NCBI GenBank assembly: GCA_051867435.1
Contig: JBJDYP010000071.1
Span: 9,755-73,754, forward strand
DNA from: Faecousia sp.
GTDB taxonomy: Bacteria; Bacillota; Clostridia; Oscillospirales; Oscillospiraceae
Reading direction: 5' to 3'
DNA length: 64,000 bases
Under the pieces are notes generated by a model. The model saw only the letters and a list, made by a program, of their open reading frames with translations, did not search any database and had not been told where the DNA came from. Shown piece by piece: positions 10,700-20,741 of the stretch. Each line of letters opens with the position of its first letter. Position 1 is the stretch's first letter. The position numbers and the translations under genes were made by a program.

Positions 10700-11524
10700 T
10701 CAAATCACCGCGGGTACTGCCACGGGAATCATCAGCAGCAGGATCTCGGTCAGGGGCCCCACGGTCATCATGGAGTCAAACCGGTCCAGCACACCGCCGT
10801 GACCGGGCAGGATATTGCCATAGTCCTTGATGCCGGTCTGGCGCTTGATGACGGAGAAGCACAAATCGCCGAACACGGAGGCGACGGAGCCCGCCACGCC
10901 GTAGATCACGGCATAGCCGTAGTTCACCTGGAACTTGAAGCCGGCGCTGAGGATAAAGGCGTACAGCACCATGCAGGCCACTGCCGCCAGCACACCACCC
11001 GCAACGCCCTCAATGGTCTTTTTGGGGCTGATCACAGGTGCCAGCTTATGCCTGCCCAGGAACCTGCCGGCAAAATAGGCGCCGGTATCGGAGCTGAAGG
11101 CAAGGATGAAGGCGATGAGGATATAGTGCCTGCCGGGGGTCATGATATGGATGCGCACCAGACTGGTCAGCAGGTAGGGCACCAGCAAGCCGGCAACCAG
11201 ACACATGGCAACCTTCTCGAAGGGCACCCGGATATGGGAGATCATCATCTCCGCGAACAGGGCGACCAGAAACACCAGGATTCCGATGGTCTCCAGGCTG
11301 TGGGGATAGCCATTATAACTCCAAATGGCGGTCAGAAACGCCATAATGGCGGAGTAGGCGATCAGCCGCACATTGGTCACCAGCTTGGTGACGAACAGCA
11401 GCTCATAGGCAGCGATGGCAGCCATAGCGCCAAACAGAATGGCGGTCAGCACCTTCGGCAGCGCCAGCACCACGATCAGAAGCAGCGGCAGCGCGATTGC
11501 CGCGGAAATAATACGGGTTTTCAT
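10700..11524 (-). CDS. cdsA: Phosphatidate cytidylyltransferase
   Basis: DTGAYF, SPKKTIEG and KD..ILPGHGGVLDRFDS. Confidence 0.96.
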   Translation of the reverse strand: MKTRIISAAIALPLLLIVVLALPKVLTAILFGAMAAIAAYELLFVTKLVTNVRLIAYSAIMAFLTAIWSYNGYPHSLETIGILVFLVALFAEMMISHIRVPFEKVAMCLVAGLLVPYLLTSLVRIHIMTPGRHYILIAFILAFSSDTGAYFAGRFLGRHKLAPVISPKKTIEGVAGGVLAAVACMVLYAFILSAGFKFQVNYGYAVIYGVAGSVASVFGDLCFSVIKRQTGIKDYGNILPGHGGVLDRFDSMMTVGPLTEILLLMIPVAVPAVI

Positions 11525-11527
11525 CTT

Positions 11528-12259
11528 TTATGTTCCTCCAAACCGGCGGTTCCGCCGATGATATTCTGCAATGGCCTCGTCCAGGTCGCTTTCCCTGAAA
11601 TCCGGCCACAATACATTCATAAACACATACTCCGAATAGGCAGACTGCCACAGCAGGAAATTGCTGGTTCTCTTTTCGCCGGAGGGACGGATGATCAGCT
11701 CCGGGTCAGGGATACCCGCGGAGTAGAGATAGCCCGACAGCAGCTCCTCGGTCAGCTCCCCGGGGGTGTGTTTCCCTGCTGCCACGTCCCCGGCAAAGGC
11801 TCTGGCGGCACGGACGATCTCGTCTCTGCCGCCGTAGTTCAGGCAGAAATTCACCTGAACCTCATGATATTCGGCGGATCTGCTTTCCGCGTCGGCGCAC
11901 AGCGCCTGCAATTCCGGGCTGAGCCGGGTCAGGTCTCCGAAAAAGCGGAAACGCACATGGTTCTTTTCCATGTCCGTCAGGGCTTCCTCCAGATAGGCGC
12001 GCAGCAGGCGCATGATGCCCGCGATTTCCGTCTCGGAGCGTTTCCAGTTCTCTGTGGAGAAGGCGTAGACGGTCAGATAGCGGACGCCCAGCGTCCGGCA
12101 ATAGTTGGCGATCCGGCGAAAGGTCTCCGCGCCGGCGGCATGGCCTGCCGTCCGGGGCAGACCCCGCTTTTTTGCCCAGCGCCCGTTGCCGTCCATAATA
12201 ATGGCAATGTGCCTGGGCGGTTGGGGCCTTTCGGCGGGAGCGGAAGAAAAAATAGCCAT
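11528..12259 (-). CDS. uppS: Undecaprenyl diphosphate synthase
   Basis: IMDGNGRWA, FSTENWKR, NYGGR and R.SNFLLWQ. Confidence 0.97.
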   Translation of the reverse strand: MAIFSSAPAERPQPPRHIAIIMDGNGRWAKKRGLPRTAGHAAGAETFRRIANYCRTLGVRYLTVYAFSTENWKRSETEIAGIMRLLRAYLEEALTDMEKNHVRFRFFGDLTRLSPELQALCADAESRSAEYHEVQVNFCLNYGGRDEIVRAARAFAGDVAAGKHTPGELTEELLSGYLYSAGIPDPELIIRPSGEKRTSNFLLWQSAYSEYVFMNVLWPDFRESDLDEAIAEYHRRNRRFGGT

Positions 12260-12325
12260 ATTTTACCTCTTTCTGCGTACAATGGCACAAATTGGGGGCG
12301 CTGCGCGCGCCCCCAAAAGCGGAAA

Positions 12326-12880
12326 TCAGATCGCCATCAGTTCCTTTTCCTTTGCCGCAAGTGCATCATCTACGCGCTTGATGTACTTGTCCAGCAGATC
12401 CTGCAGATCCTTCTCGGCTTTCTTCTGCTCATCCTCGGTGATCTCGGATTTTTTCTTCAGCGCCTTGACGTAATCCATGCCGTCCCGGCGGATGTTCCGC
12501 ATGGCGACCTTGGATTCCTCCGCGTACTTCTTGACCTGCTTGGTCAGATCCCGGCGGCGCTCCTCGGTGAGCTGGGGGAACACCAGACGGACCACACGGC
12601 CGTCGTTCTGGGGATTGATGCCCAGATCCGAGACCTGGATCGCCTTCTGAATGTCCTTCAGCAGCTTGCTGTCCCAGGGCTGGATCACCAGCGTGCGGGC
12701 ATCGGGAGAGGAAATGGTCGCCACACCGGCAAGCGGGGTTTCTGAACCATAATATTCCACCGTAATGCGGTCAAGAACCTTGGCGTTGGCACGGCCGGCA
12801 CGGACGGCGCCGAAATTATCGCCCAAAACCTCCAGGGTCTTTTCCATCTTTCTGCTGAATTCCTTAAAATCTACGCTCAT
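12326..12880 (-). CDS. frr: Ribosome recycling factor
   Basis: RAGRAN, LGINPQNDG and LTEERR; pyrH-frr-uppS synteny. Confidence 0.97.
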   Translation of the reverse strand: MSVDFKEFSRKMEKTLEVLGDNFGAVRAGRANAKVLDRITVEYYGSETPLAGVATISSPDARTLVIQPWDSKLLKDIQKAIQVSDLGINPQNDGRVVRLVFPQLTEERRRDLTKQVKKYAEESKVAMRNIRRDGMDYVKALKKKSEITEDEQKKAEKDLQDLLDKYIKRVDDALAAKEKELMAI

Positions 12881-12883
12881 GGG

Positions 12884-13603
12884 TTAGTCCTCCTTCACGA
12901 TTGTTCCGATTTTTTCTCCGCGGAGCACGCGGATGATGTTTTGGGGGTCTTTCAGTGCGAAGCATACCATGGTCATGTGGTTGTCCATGGCAAGGGTCAT
13001 AGCCGTGGTATCCGTGGCCTGCAGATGGCGGGCAAGCACCTCGTCATAGGTCAGGCTGTCGTATTTCACGGCAGTGGGGTCTTTGTTGGGGTCGGCGGAA
13101 TACACGCCGTCCACATTCTTGGCAAGCAGGATCGCGTCCGCCTCGATCTCCACCGCACGAAGCACCGCGCCGGTGTCCGTGGTGAAGTAGGGATTGCCGG
13201 TGCCGCAGGCAAAGAACACGACCTTGCCCTCGTTCAGGTAGCGGTTCGCCGTATCGTAGGTGTAGTACTCCGCGAATTTGTTCATCTCCACGGCGGACAG
13301 CACCCGGGAGGGCACGCCCCGCTTCTCCAGCGCGTCGCTGACCGCGATACAGTTCATCACCGTGGCAAGCATCCCCATGGAATCCGCGTGGGTGCGCTGC
13401 ATCCTGTCCGCGCCGTCCTTCACGCCTCTCCAGAAATTGCCGCCGCCGATGACAACGCCCACCTGCACGCCCATGGCTGTACACTGGGCAATGGTCTCAC
13501 AGACAGTACCGATCATATCAAAATCAAGGCCCCGCCGCGCGTCACCCGCGAGAGCCTCGCCGCTGATCTTCAGCAGCACCCTTCTGTACTTCACATCTGG
13601 CAA
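12884..13603 (-). CDS. pyrH: UMP kinase (TTG start)
   Basis: LLKISGE, GGGNFWRG, GNPYFTTD and VDGVY. Confidence 0.97.
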   Translation of the reverse strand: MPDVKYRRVLLKISGEALAGDARRGLDFDMIGTVCETIAQCTAMGVQVGVVIGGGNFWRGVKDGADRMQRTHADSMGMLATVMNCIAVSDALEKRGVPSRVLSAVEMNKFAEYYTYDTANRYLNEGKVVFFACGTGNPYFTTDTGAVLRAVEIEADAILLAKNVDGVYSADPNKDPTAVKYDSLTYDEVLARHLQATDTTAMTLAMDNHMTMVCFALKDPQNIIRVLRGEKIGTIVKED

Positions 13604-13632
13604 TGGGATCCTCTCCTTTCTTATCTTGTCCT

Positions 13633-13661
13633 ATTTTATAATAAGACAGCCCAATTGACAA
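13633..13661 (-). promoter_or_regulatory. Putative sigma-A promoter of the pyrH operon
   Basis: Minus strand TTGTCA-17 nt-TAAAAT. Confidence 0.6.
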
Positions 13662-13806
13662 CCATAATTTCACGGTTTTTCCGAAAAGTTTATCCTCTGT
13701 TCAAAAATTTGTTGAAAATGTCGACAAATCCCCGGCTGCGGAATCTCTTCCCCTTATCCATTCCCCCCATATTTTGGTGAAAGCCCGGGTTTTTCCCACA
13801 TTCCCC

Positions 13807-13835
13807 TTGCAAAAAATAGTACCGTGGGATATAAT
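13807..13835 (+). promoter_or_regulatory. Putative sigma-A promoter of glnS
   Basis: TTGCAA-17 nt-TATAAT. Confidence 0.65.
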
Positions 13836-13872
13836 ACCGGGTATGATACCAATGAGAGAGGAAGTACACCCT

Positions 13873-15552
13873 ATGGCTGAAATGACCGAAAGCAAGAACT
13901 TCATCCACGCTTTTATTGAAGAAGACATAGCGGAAGGCGGGCAGTTCGCCGGCATGAAGGTTCACACCCGGTTCCCGCCGGAGCCCAACGGCTATCTCCA
14001 CATCGGTCACTGCAAGGCGCTGATCATCGACTTCGGCACTGCCGAGAAATTCGGCGGCATCTGCAACCTGCGTATGGACGACACCAATCCCACCAAGGAA
14101 GACGTGGAATTCGTGGAAGCCATCCAGGAGGACATCCACTGGCTGGGGTTTGACTGGGACGACCGTTTCTTCTTCGGCTCCGACTATTTCGAGAAGGACT
14201 ACGAGTACGCCGTGGAGCTGATCCGGAAGGGGCTTGCCTATGTCTGTGAGCTGACCCCCGAGCAGTTCAAGGAGTACCGGGGCGATCTGAACACCCCCGC
14301 CGTATCCCCCTACCGGGACAGACCCATGGAGGAAAGCCTGGATCTGTTTGCCCGGATGCGTGCCGGCGAATTCCCCGACAACGCCATGACCCTCCGGGCC
14401 AAAATCGATCTGGCCTCCGGCAACTTCAATATGCGTGACCCGGTGATCTACCGCATCCGCCATATGCACCATCACCGCCAGGGTGACAAGTGGTGCATCT
14501 ACCCCATGTATGACTTCGCACACCCCATCCAGGACGCGCTGGAGGGCATCACCCACAGCCTTTGCTCCCTGGAATTTGAGAACCACCGTCCCCTGTACAA
14601 CTGGGTGGTGGAGCACGTTTCCGTCCCCCATCATCCCCGCCAGATCGAGTTTGCCCGCCTGGGCATCGACCACACCGTGCTCAGCAAGCGCAAGCTGAGA
14701 GCCCTGGTGGAAAACGGCTATGTCTCCGGCTGGGACGATCCCCGGATGCCCACCCTGTGCGGTCTGCGCCGCCGGGGCTACACCCCCGCCAGCATCCGCA
14801 ACTTCTGCGACCGGGTCGGCGTTGCCAAATCTCCCAACACCATCGAGTTCGCCTTCCTGGAGCACTGCCTCCGGGAGGATCTGAACGAGACCGCCCAGCG
14901 TGTCATGGCGGTGCTGAAGCCCGTGAAGCTGACCATCACCAACTACCCCGAAGGGCAGTCCGAGACCTTTGAGATCGAGAACAACCCCAACGATCCCGCG
15001 GCGGGCAAGCGCGCCATCACCTTCTCCCGGAATCTGTGGATCGAGGCGGACGACTTCCTTGCCGAGCCCATTCCCAAGTACAAGCGCCTGTATCCCGATG
15101 GCCCCGAGTGCCGTCTGAAGGGCGCCTATGTCATCCGCTGCACCGGCTGCGTGCGGGACGAGGACGGCAACATCACCGAGGTTCTGGCCACCTACGATCC
15201 CGAGAGCAAGGGCGGCGACCCCGCCGACGGCCGCAAGATCAAGGGCGCTACCATCCACTGGGTGGATGCCGGCAACTGCTGCGACGCAGAGGTCCGGCAG
15301 TATTCCAATCTGTTTGATGATCCGGATCCCGATGCCTCCGGCAAGGATTTCCTGGCCTGCCTGAACCCCAATTCCCTGGAGGTTCTCACAAACTGCAAGG
15401 TGGAAGCCAGCCTGGAGGATGCAAAGGCTCCCGCATCCTACCAGTTCATGCGTCTGGGCTACTTCTGCCCCGACAGCCGGGACTGCGCCCCCGGTCATCT
15501 GGTGTTCAACCGCTCCGTCGGTCTGAAGGACAGCTTCAAGCCCGGCGTGTAA
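13873..15552 (+). CDS. glnS: Glutamine--tRNA ligase
   Basis: TRFPPEPNGYLHIGH, DDTNP, LSKR and QFMRLGYF. Start trimmed to ATG 13873. Confidence 0.97.
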   Translation: MAEMTESKNFIHAFIEEDIAEGGQFAGMKVHTRFPPEPNGYLHIGHCKALIIDFGTAEKFGGICNLRMDDTNPTKEDVEFVEAIQEDIHWLGFDWDDRFFFGSDYFEKDYEYAVELIRKGLAYVCELTPEQFKEYRGDLNTPAVSPYRDRPMEESLDLFARMRAGEFPDNAMTLRAKIDLASGNFNMRDPVIYRIRHMHHHRQGDKWCIYPMYDFAHPIQDALEGITHSLCSLEFENHRPLYNWVVEHVSVPHHPRQIEFARLGIDHTVLSKRKLRALVENGYVSGWDDPRMPTLCGLRRRGYTPASIRNFCDRVGVAKSPNTIEFAFLEHCLREDLNETAQRVMAVLKPVKLTITNYPEGQSETFEIENNPNDPAAGKRAITFSRNLWIEADDFLAEPIPKYKRLYPDGPECRLKGAYVIRCTGCVRDEDGNITEVLATYDPESKGGDPADGRKIKGATIHWVDAGNCCDAEVRQYSNLFDDPDPDASGKDFLACLNPNSLEVLTNCKVEASLEDAKAPASYQFMRLGYFCPDSRDCAPGHLVFNRSVGLKDSFKPGV

Positions 15553-15566
15553 ACACTGTAACCATC

Positions 15567-15604
15567 AAAAAATTCCTGAAAGCGTCCGCTTTCAGGAATT
15601 TTTT
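15567..15604. terminator. Bidirectional terminator
   Basis: AAAAAATTCCTGAAAGCG-tc-CGCTTTCAGGAATTTTTT. Confidence 0.85.
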
Positions 15605-15609
15605 CTATG

Positions 15610-15975
15610 CTATTCTGCCTCCACCGCTTTGGTGACCACCACCGGGACGCCGGTTCCCGCCGCATTTTCGATCACCACATCCCCGATCCCAACGGGCGCG
15701 GTCACGCAGATGCCCTTGAGCTGCTCCACCACATCGAAGATCTTGCCCTTGGGCACATCAGACGCGGTCTTTACGCTGGTGACCGGTGCCTTGCCGGATA
15801 CCACCCGAACCGTGCTGGTGACGATTCTGGTGGGAGCGGTCACTTCCTTCCGGGCGTACTCTTTCCCCCGGGGACAGGTGTTGCCCGTGATCTCCGTGAC
15901 GGCACCGCCGTCCATGGTCACCGTGATCTGGCAGCCCAGAGGGCAGCCGATACAAGTCAGATTCCGAACGCTCAT
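15610..15975 (-). CDS. DUF1667 family Cys-rich small protein (glycerol-3-phosphate dehydrogenase accessory subunit)
   Basis: CIGCPLGC...GNTCPRG..YA..E; last gene of the glpK operon. Confidence 0.85.
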   Translation of the reverse strand: MSVRNLTCIGCPLGCQITVTMDGGAVTEITGNTCPRGKEYARKEVTAPTRIVTSTVRVVSGKAPVTSVKTASDVPKGKIFDVVEQLKGICVTAPVGIGDVVIENAAGTGVPVVVTKAVEAE

Positions 15976-17222
15976 GCCCAGTCCTCCAATGTCACCAGAA
16001 TCTCGCCGCAGTCCGGCAGCTTGGACAGATCCAGCTTCACCGTCTCCATCTCGCCGGGTGCCAGCACCCGCTTTTTCCGCCTGACCAGCAACGTGCCGCC
16101 TCCATAGACGCAGACCGCCTTCTGCCGGTACACATCGCCCACACGCATCCGCAGAGGGATCTCCCCTTCACCGGGATGCACTGCGCAGGGCACGGTATAG
16201 CGCACGCCGCCCGCCGCACGGATGGGGATCGCCCTGCCCTGGGGCTGCCGCTTGCCCAGCACATAATCCGCCGCGGCTCTGCCTGCCATGGCAGCTTCCT
16301 CCGAAACATAGTCCACCAGATCGTGGACATGGAGCACATTCCCGCAGGCAAACACCCCGGGGACGGAGGTCTCCAGCCGCTCATTGACGGTGGGGCCTTT
16401 GGTCACGGCACTGAGCTCCACCCCCGCGCCGACGCTCAATTCATTCTCCGGGATCAGCCCGGTGGACAGCAGCAGCGTGTCGCATTTGTAGTGGACTTCC
16501 GTTCCGGGGATGGGCCTGCGGTCCGGACCCACCTGCGCCAGGGTGATTCCCTCCACCCGGTTCTTGCCCTGAATGTCCACCACCGTATGGGACAGCTTCA
16601 GCGGTATGCCGAAATCATCCAGGCACTGCACCAGATTCCGCTTCAGACCGCCGGAATAGGGCATCAGCTCCGCGACCACCTGAACGTGGGCGCCCTCCAG
16701 CGTCAGGCGCCGTGCCATAATGAGGCCGATATCGCCGGAGCCCAGGATCACGACCTCCCTTCCGGGGAGGCAGCCCTCCATATTCACCAGCCGCTGCGCC
16801 GTACCCGCAGTGTAAATGCCTGCCGGGCGAAAACCGGGGATATTCAGCGCGCCCCTGGGCCGCTCCCGGCAGCCCATAGCCAGGATCACCGCCTTTGCGG
16901 AGAACTCCTGCAGACCATACGCCCGGCTGGTGGCAACCACCCTTCGGTTTTCCTCCAGGGACAGCACCATGGTGCCTAGCTGATACCCGATTCCCTGCTC
17001 CCGCACCCGGTCCGCGAACCGGGCGGCGTACTCGGGCCCGGTGAGCTCCTCCCGAAAGGTGTGCAGGCCGAAGCCGTTGTGAATGCACTGGTTCAGAATG
17101 CCGCCCAGCTCCTGATCCCGCTCCAGGATCAGAATGTCCTGAACGCCCCGCTCTCTTGCCGCCAGCGCAGCAGCAAGCCCGGCAGGACCACCGCCCACGA
17201 TCAGCAGTTCCACATTTCTCAT
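15972..17222 (-). CDS. NAD(P)/FAD-dependent oxidoreductase (pyridine nucleotide-disulfide family)
   Basis: GGGPAG, GGILNQCIH, GSGDIG and ACGNVLHVHD; overlaps both neighbours by 4 nt. Confidence 0.9.
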   Translation of the reverse strand: MRNVELLIVGGGPAGLAAALAARERGVQDILILERDQELGGILNQCIHNGFGLHTFREELTGPEYAARFADRVREQGIGYQLGTMVLSLEENRRVVATSRAYGLQEFSAKAVILAMGCRERPRGALNIPGFRPAGIYTAGTAQRLVNMEGCLPGREVVILGSGDIGLIMARRLTLEGAHVQVVAELMPYSGGLKRNLVQCLDDFGIPLKLSHTVVDIQGKNRVEGITLAQVGPDRRPIPGTEVHYKCDTLLLSTGLIPENELSVGAGVELSAVTKGPTVNERLETSVPGVFACGNVLHVHDLVDYVSEEAAMAGRAAADYVLGKRQPQGRAIPIRAAGGVRYTVPCAVHPGEGEIPLRMRVGDVYRQKAVCVYGGGTLLVRRKKRVLAPGEMETVKLDLSKLPDCGEILVTLEDWA

Positions 17223-18664
17223 GTTCCGTCCTCCCCTGTCCCGGTGCCGCCCGCAAGCATGGGGCTGTCCGGCCCGGTTTTTGTGATCTCCGTCAGGGGG
17301 ACTCCCAGCTCTCTTGCCAGAATCTCCATCACCCTGGGCGTGCAGAAGCCGCCCTGGCAGCGGCCCATGCCGGTTCTGACCCGGCGCTTCACACCGTCCA
17401 GGCTCTTCGCGCCCAGCGGGCGGTGGATCGCGTCCAGAATTTCCCCTTCGGTCACGCCCTCGCAGCGGCAGACGATCTGCCCGTAGGCAGGCTTCTCCCG
17501 CACCAAAGCGGCACGCTGCGCAAAGGGCAGCTCCCCGGGGTGAACAATGCCCTTCCGGGTGGTAACATAGTGGTTTTTCTCCCGCAAGCGCAGCTTTTCC
17601 CTCACGATTTCCGCAACCATCTCCCCGATGGCAGGGCAGGCGCTCAGTCCCGGGCTTTCAATGCCCGCGCAGTCAATGAATCCGGGAGCGTCCCCGACCT
17701 CACCGATGCGGAACTCATGCCCCGCATCCTTGGCGCGCAGTCCCGCGAAGGAAGTGATGACCTGCCACACCGGCAGGTTCTTCACGGTGTTTGCCGCCTT
17801 TACCGCCACCTGTGCCAGTCCCTCCGCCGTGGTCGCGGTGGATTCAAAGTCCTCCACGGGGATTGCCGTGGGGCCGACGATGGTGTTTCCATGCACCGTG
17901 GGCGACACCAGCACGCCCTTGCCCTTTTCATCGGGCAGCGTGAAGATCGTATGTCGCACAAAATTGCCGGTCTGCTTATCCAGCAGCAGATAATCTCCCC
18001 GGGTGGGGTGAATCTCCATCTTTTCCCCGGAAACCAGGTTGTGGAGCTGCCCGGCATACACTCCCGCCGCGTTTACGACCAGCCTGGTCTCAATGCTCCC
18101 CCGGTTGGTCAGCACCCGCCAGCCGCCTTCAATCTTCTCAAAGCCGGTGACGGCTGTTTGGAACTGAAATTCCACGCCGTTCTGATTGGCGTTCTCCGCC
18201 AGGGCGATATTCAGCAGGAACGGGCAGATGATGGCTCCCGTGGGCGCCCACAGCGCGGCCACCGCCCTGTCCGAAATATTCGGTTCCATGGCAGCCAGCT
18301 CCTCCCGCCCGATGATCCGCAGCCCTTCCACCCCATTGGCAACGCCGTTTTCCATCAGCGCTTCCAGTCTGGGCAGATCCGCTTCCGAAAGGCACACCAC
18401 AAGGCTGCCGCAGCGATTGTAGGGAACATCCAGATCCCGGGCAAGTGTCTCCATCATCCGGCTGCCTTTTACATTCAGCTTTGCCATCCATGTGCCGTAT
18501 TTGGCATCAAAGCCCCCGTGAACGATGGCGGAGTTTGCCTTGCTGGTTCCGCAGCAAACGTCCTCCTCCTTCTCGATCACCAGAATATCCGCATGGTATT
18601 TTCCCAGCGCCCAGGCACAGGCACTGCCCGAAACCCCCGCGCCGATAATGACGATATCACGCAT
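17219..18664 (-). CDS. FAD-dependent glycerol-3-phosphate dehydrogenase (GlpA-like) with C-terminal BFD-like [2Fe-2S] domain
   Basis: GAGVSG, TSKANSAIVHGG and C-terminal CRCE...GRCQGGFC; directly downstream of glpK. Confidence 0.85.
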   Translation of the reverse strand: MRDIVIIGAGVSGSACAWALGKYHADILVIEKEEDVCCGTSKANSAIVHGGFDAKYGTWMAKLNVKGSRMMETLARDLDVPYNRCGSLVVCLSEADLPRLEALMENGVANGVEGLRIIGREELAAMEPNISDRAVAALWAPTGAIICPFLLNIALAENANQNGVEFQFQTAVTGFEKIEGGWRVLTNRGSIETRLVVNAAGVYAGQLHNLVSGEKMEIHPTRGDYLLLDKQTGNFVRHTIFTLPDEKGKGVLVSPTVHGNTIVGPTAIPVEDFESTATTAEGLAQVAVKAANTVKNLPVWQVITSFAGLRAKDAGHEFRIGEVGDAPGFIDCAGIESPGLSACPAIGEMVAEIVREKLRLREKNHYVTTRKGIVHPGELPFAQRAALVREKPAYGQIVCRCEGVTEGEILDAIHRPLGAKSLDGVKRRVRTGMGRCQGGFCTPRVMEILARELGVPLTEITKTGPDSPMLAGGTGTGEDGT

Positions 18665-18683
18665 ATGTTCTCCTCTTTTTCCC

Positions 18684-20174
18684 TTATTTTGCCCAGCCGA
18701 AGCTGCACCGGACTGCCCGGGACCATCCGCTCAGCCGCCCGGAGCGCTCCTCCGGCGTGATGTCCGGGGTAAAGGTGCGGTCAATGACCCAGTTTTGCCG
18801 GATCTGCCCGGTGGACTCCCAATATCCCACCGCGAGTCCCGCGAGATAGGCAGCGCCCATGGCGGTGGTCTCCACGCACCGGGGTCTCAGCACAGGCGCG
18901 TTGGCCAGATCCGCCTGCGCCTGCATCAGATAGTTGTTGTTGCTGGCGCCGCCGTCCACACGGAGGGCAGACAGCTTCATCCCCGCGTCCGCTTCCATGG
19001 CACGGAGCACATCCACCGTCTGATAGGCGATGGAATCCAGGGTGGCACGGATGATATGGTACTTGTTGACGCCCCGGGTCAGTCCCACGATCACACCCCG
19101 GGCATACGCGTCCCAGTGCGGCGCGCCCAGACCCGTAAACGCGGGCACCACATAGCAGCCGTTGGTGCTTTCCACCTTCTGCGCCATGTATTCCGAATCC
19201 GCGGCGGATTCGATGAAGCGCATTTCATCCCGGAGCCACTGGATCGCCGCCCCCGCCACAAACACGGAGCCCTCCAGGGCGTAGGTCACCTTGCCGTCCA
19301 GACCCCAGGCGATGGTGGTCACCAGACCGTTGCGGGAAAAGACGGGGGTATTGCCGGTGTTCATCAGCAGGAAACAGCCGGTTCCGTAAGTATTCTTGGC
19401 ATCGCCGGGCGCAAAGCAGGTCTGTCCGAACAGCGCCGCCTGCTGATCTCCCGCGGCACCCGCAATGGGGATGGGCCCGCCGAAGAAAACCGCGTTGGTG
19501 TACCCGTACACATGGCTGGAAGGCATGGGGGTGGGCAGCATGGACGCAGGAATGTCCAGCTCTCCCAGGATCTCCTCATCCCAGCGCAGGGTGTTGATGT
19601 TGAACAGCATGGTGCGGGACGCGTTGGAGTAGTCCGTCACATGAACCTTGCCTCCCGTCAGCTTCCAGATCAGCCAGGTTTCCACGGTGCCAAACAGCAG
19701 CTTGCCCTCCTCCGCCAAAGCCCTGGCCCCGGGGATGTTTTCCAGCATCCAGCGGATCTTGGTGCCGGAAAAATAGGGGTCGATGACCAGACCGGTCTTT
19801 TGGCGGATGGTCTCGGTCAGTCCCTTTTCCACAAGCTGCCCGCAGTATTCCGCGGTTCTGCGGCACTGCCAGACAATGGCTCTGCCGATGGGTTTTCCCG
19901 TCTCCCGGTTCCAGACGATGGTGGTCTCCCGCTGGTTGGTGATGCCGATGGCGGCAATGTCCGCGGCGGTGGCTCCCGCAATATGCAGCGCCTGCTGGGC
20001 AACCTCCAACTGGGTCGACCAGATCTCCTCCGCGTCATGCTCCACCCAGCCGGGGCGGGGGAAATACTGGGTAAATTCCTTCTGCGCCGCGGCGCACATC
20101 TCCCCCTGCTCATTAAACAGGATGCAGCGGTTGCTGGTGGTGCCGGAATCCAGCGCCATGACATATCGGCTCAT
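18684..20174 (-). CDS. glpK: Glycerol kinase
   Basis: [26 protein letters not shown] and KNTYGTGCF. Confidence 0.97.
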   Translation of the reverse strand: MSRYVMALDSGTTSNRCILFNEQGEMCAAAQKEFTQYFPRPGWVEHDAEEIWSTQLEVAQQALHIAGATAADIAAIGITNQRETTIVWNRETGKPIGRAIVWQCRRTAEYCGQLVEKGLTETIRQKTGLVIDPYFSGTKIRWMLENIPGARALAEEGKLLFGTVETWLIWKLTGGKVHVTDYSNASRTMLFNINTLRWDEEILGELDIPASMLPTPMPSSHVYGYTNAVFFGGPIPIAGAAGDQQAALFGQTCFAPGDAKNTYGTGCFLLMNTGNTPVFSRNGLVTTIAWGLDGKVTYALEGSVFVAGAAIQWLRDEMRFIESAADSEYMAQKVESTNGCYVVPAFTGLGAPHWDAYARGVIVGLTRGVNKYHIIRATLDSIAYQTVDVLRAMEADAGMKLSALRVDGGASNNNYLMQAQADLANAPVLRPRCVETTAMGAAYLAGLAVGYWESTGQIRQNWVIDRTFTPDITPEERSGRLSGWSRAVRCSFGWAK

Positions 20175-20373
20175 ATCGGTTCTCCTTTCGTTTCTGGAAG
20201 GGGTTTATTGTGTATTCAGTTTATAATACCACATTATTCTCCCTGTGTCATTATACAAAATATCCAAAAAAGAACGGGCAGATTTCGGATCCAAACCCGT
20301 CTCTTTTGCGGAACCGATTGCCTTTTTCCCGGTTTGCTGATAAAATAGGGAAAAACATCCGGAGGTGCGCCCC

Positions 20374-20702
20374 ATGAGCACTGTCAGCCAATGCAATCAT
20401 TGGGAGTTCTCCCGGGTCTGGTCAGAGGAATTTCCGTCCGGCGCCTGCAAATGCGAGGAGGTTCGTCTGCCCCACACGGTGCAGGAGCTTCCTCCGTCAT
20501 CATCCGTTTCACTGTGACCAGGGAGGATTCCCATGGCTGATTTATCCTAAGGAAGCTCTGATTCAATCGGCAAGCCCGCCATCCGGGGGACTGTGCCTGC
20601 TGCCGCCATCTGCGCGATGCCAAACACATCCGTGTCAGCAACGACGACGGTCTTGTGGCGCGTTACACCATCGACGGCGGGGAAACGGTGCTTGTGCTCT
20701 GA
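20374..20702 (+). pseudogene. Collapsed remnant: N-terminus of a GH2-like glycosidase plus fragments of downstream gene(s)
   Basis: GGAGG RBS and ATG 20374 give MSTVSQCNHWEFSRVWSEEF...EEVRLPHTVQELP.. with a stop at 20517 (W-F...V-LPH pattern of GH2 N-termini). A second RBS/ATG gives only MADLS*. An orphan C-terminal frame ends at TGA 20702 before a terminator. Confidence 0.5.
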
Positions 20703-20705
20703 TGC

Positions 20706-20735
20706 GGAAACCCCCGGCTGATCGGCCGGGGGTTC
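20706..20735. terminator. Hairpin terminator
   Basis: GGAAACCCCCGGCTGATCGGCCGGGGGTTCC between the remnant and the convergent ABC gene. Confidence 0.65.
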
Positions 20736-20741
20736 CTTCGG

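Noticed and set aside
13810-13830. AGTACCGTGG resembling a T-box upstream of glnS
   Set aside because: Lacks the GGTGG core, falls within the promoter spacer, and there is no room for a leader or terminator.
20384-20641. 85-aa minus-strand ORF in the glpK-ABC gap
   Set aside because: No RBS or motif; the RBS-bearing fragments and recognisable peptide pattern are on the plus strand.
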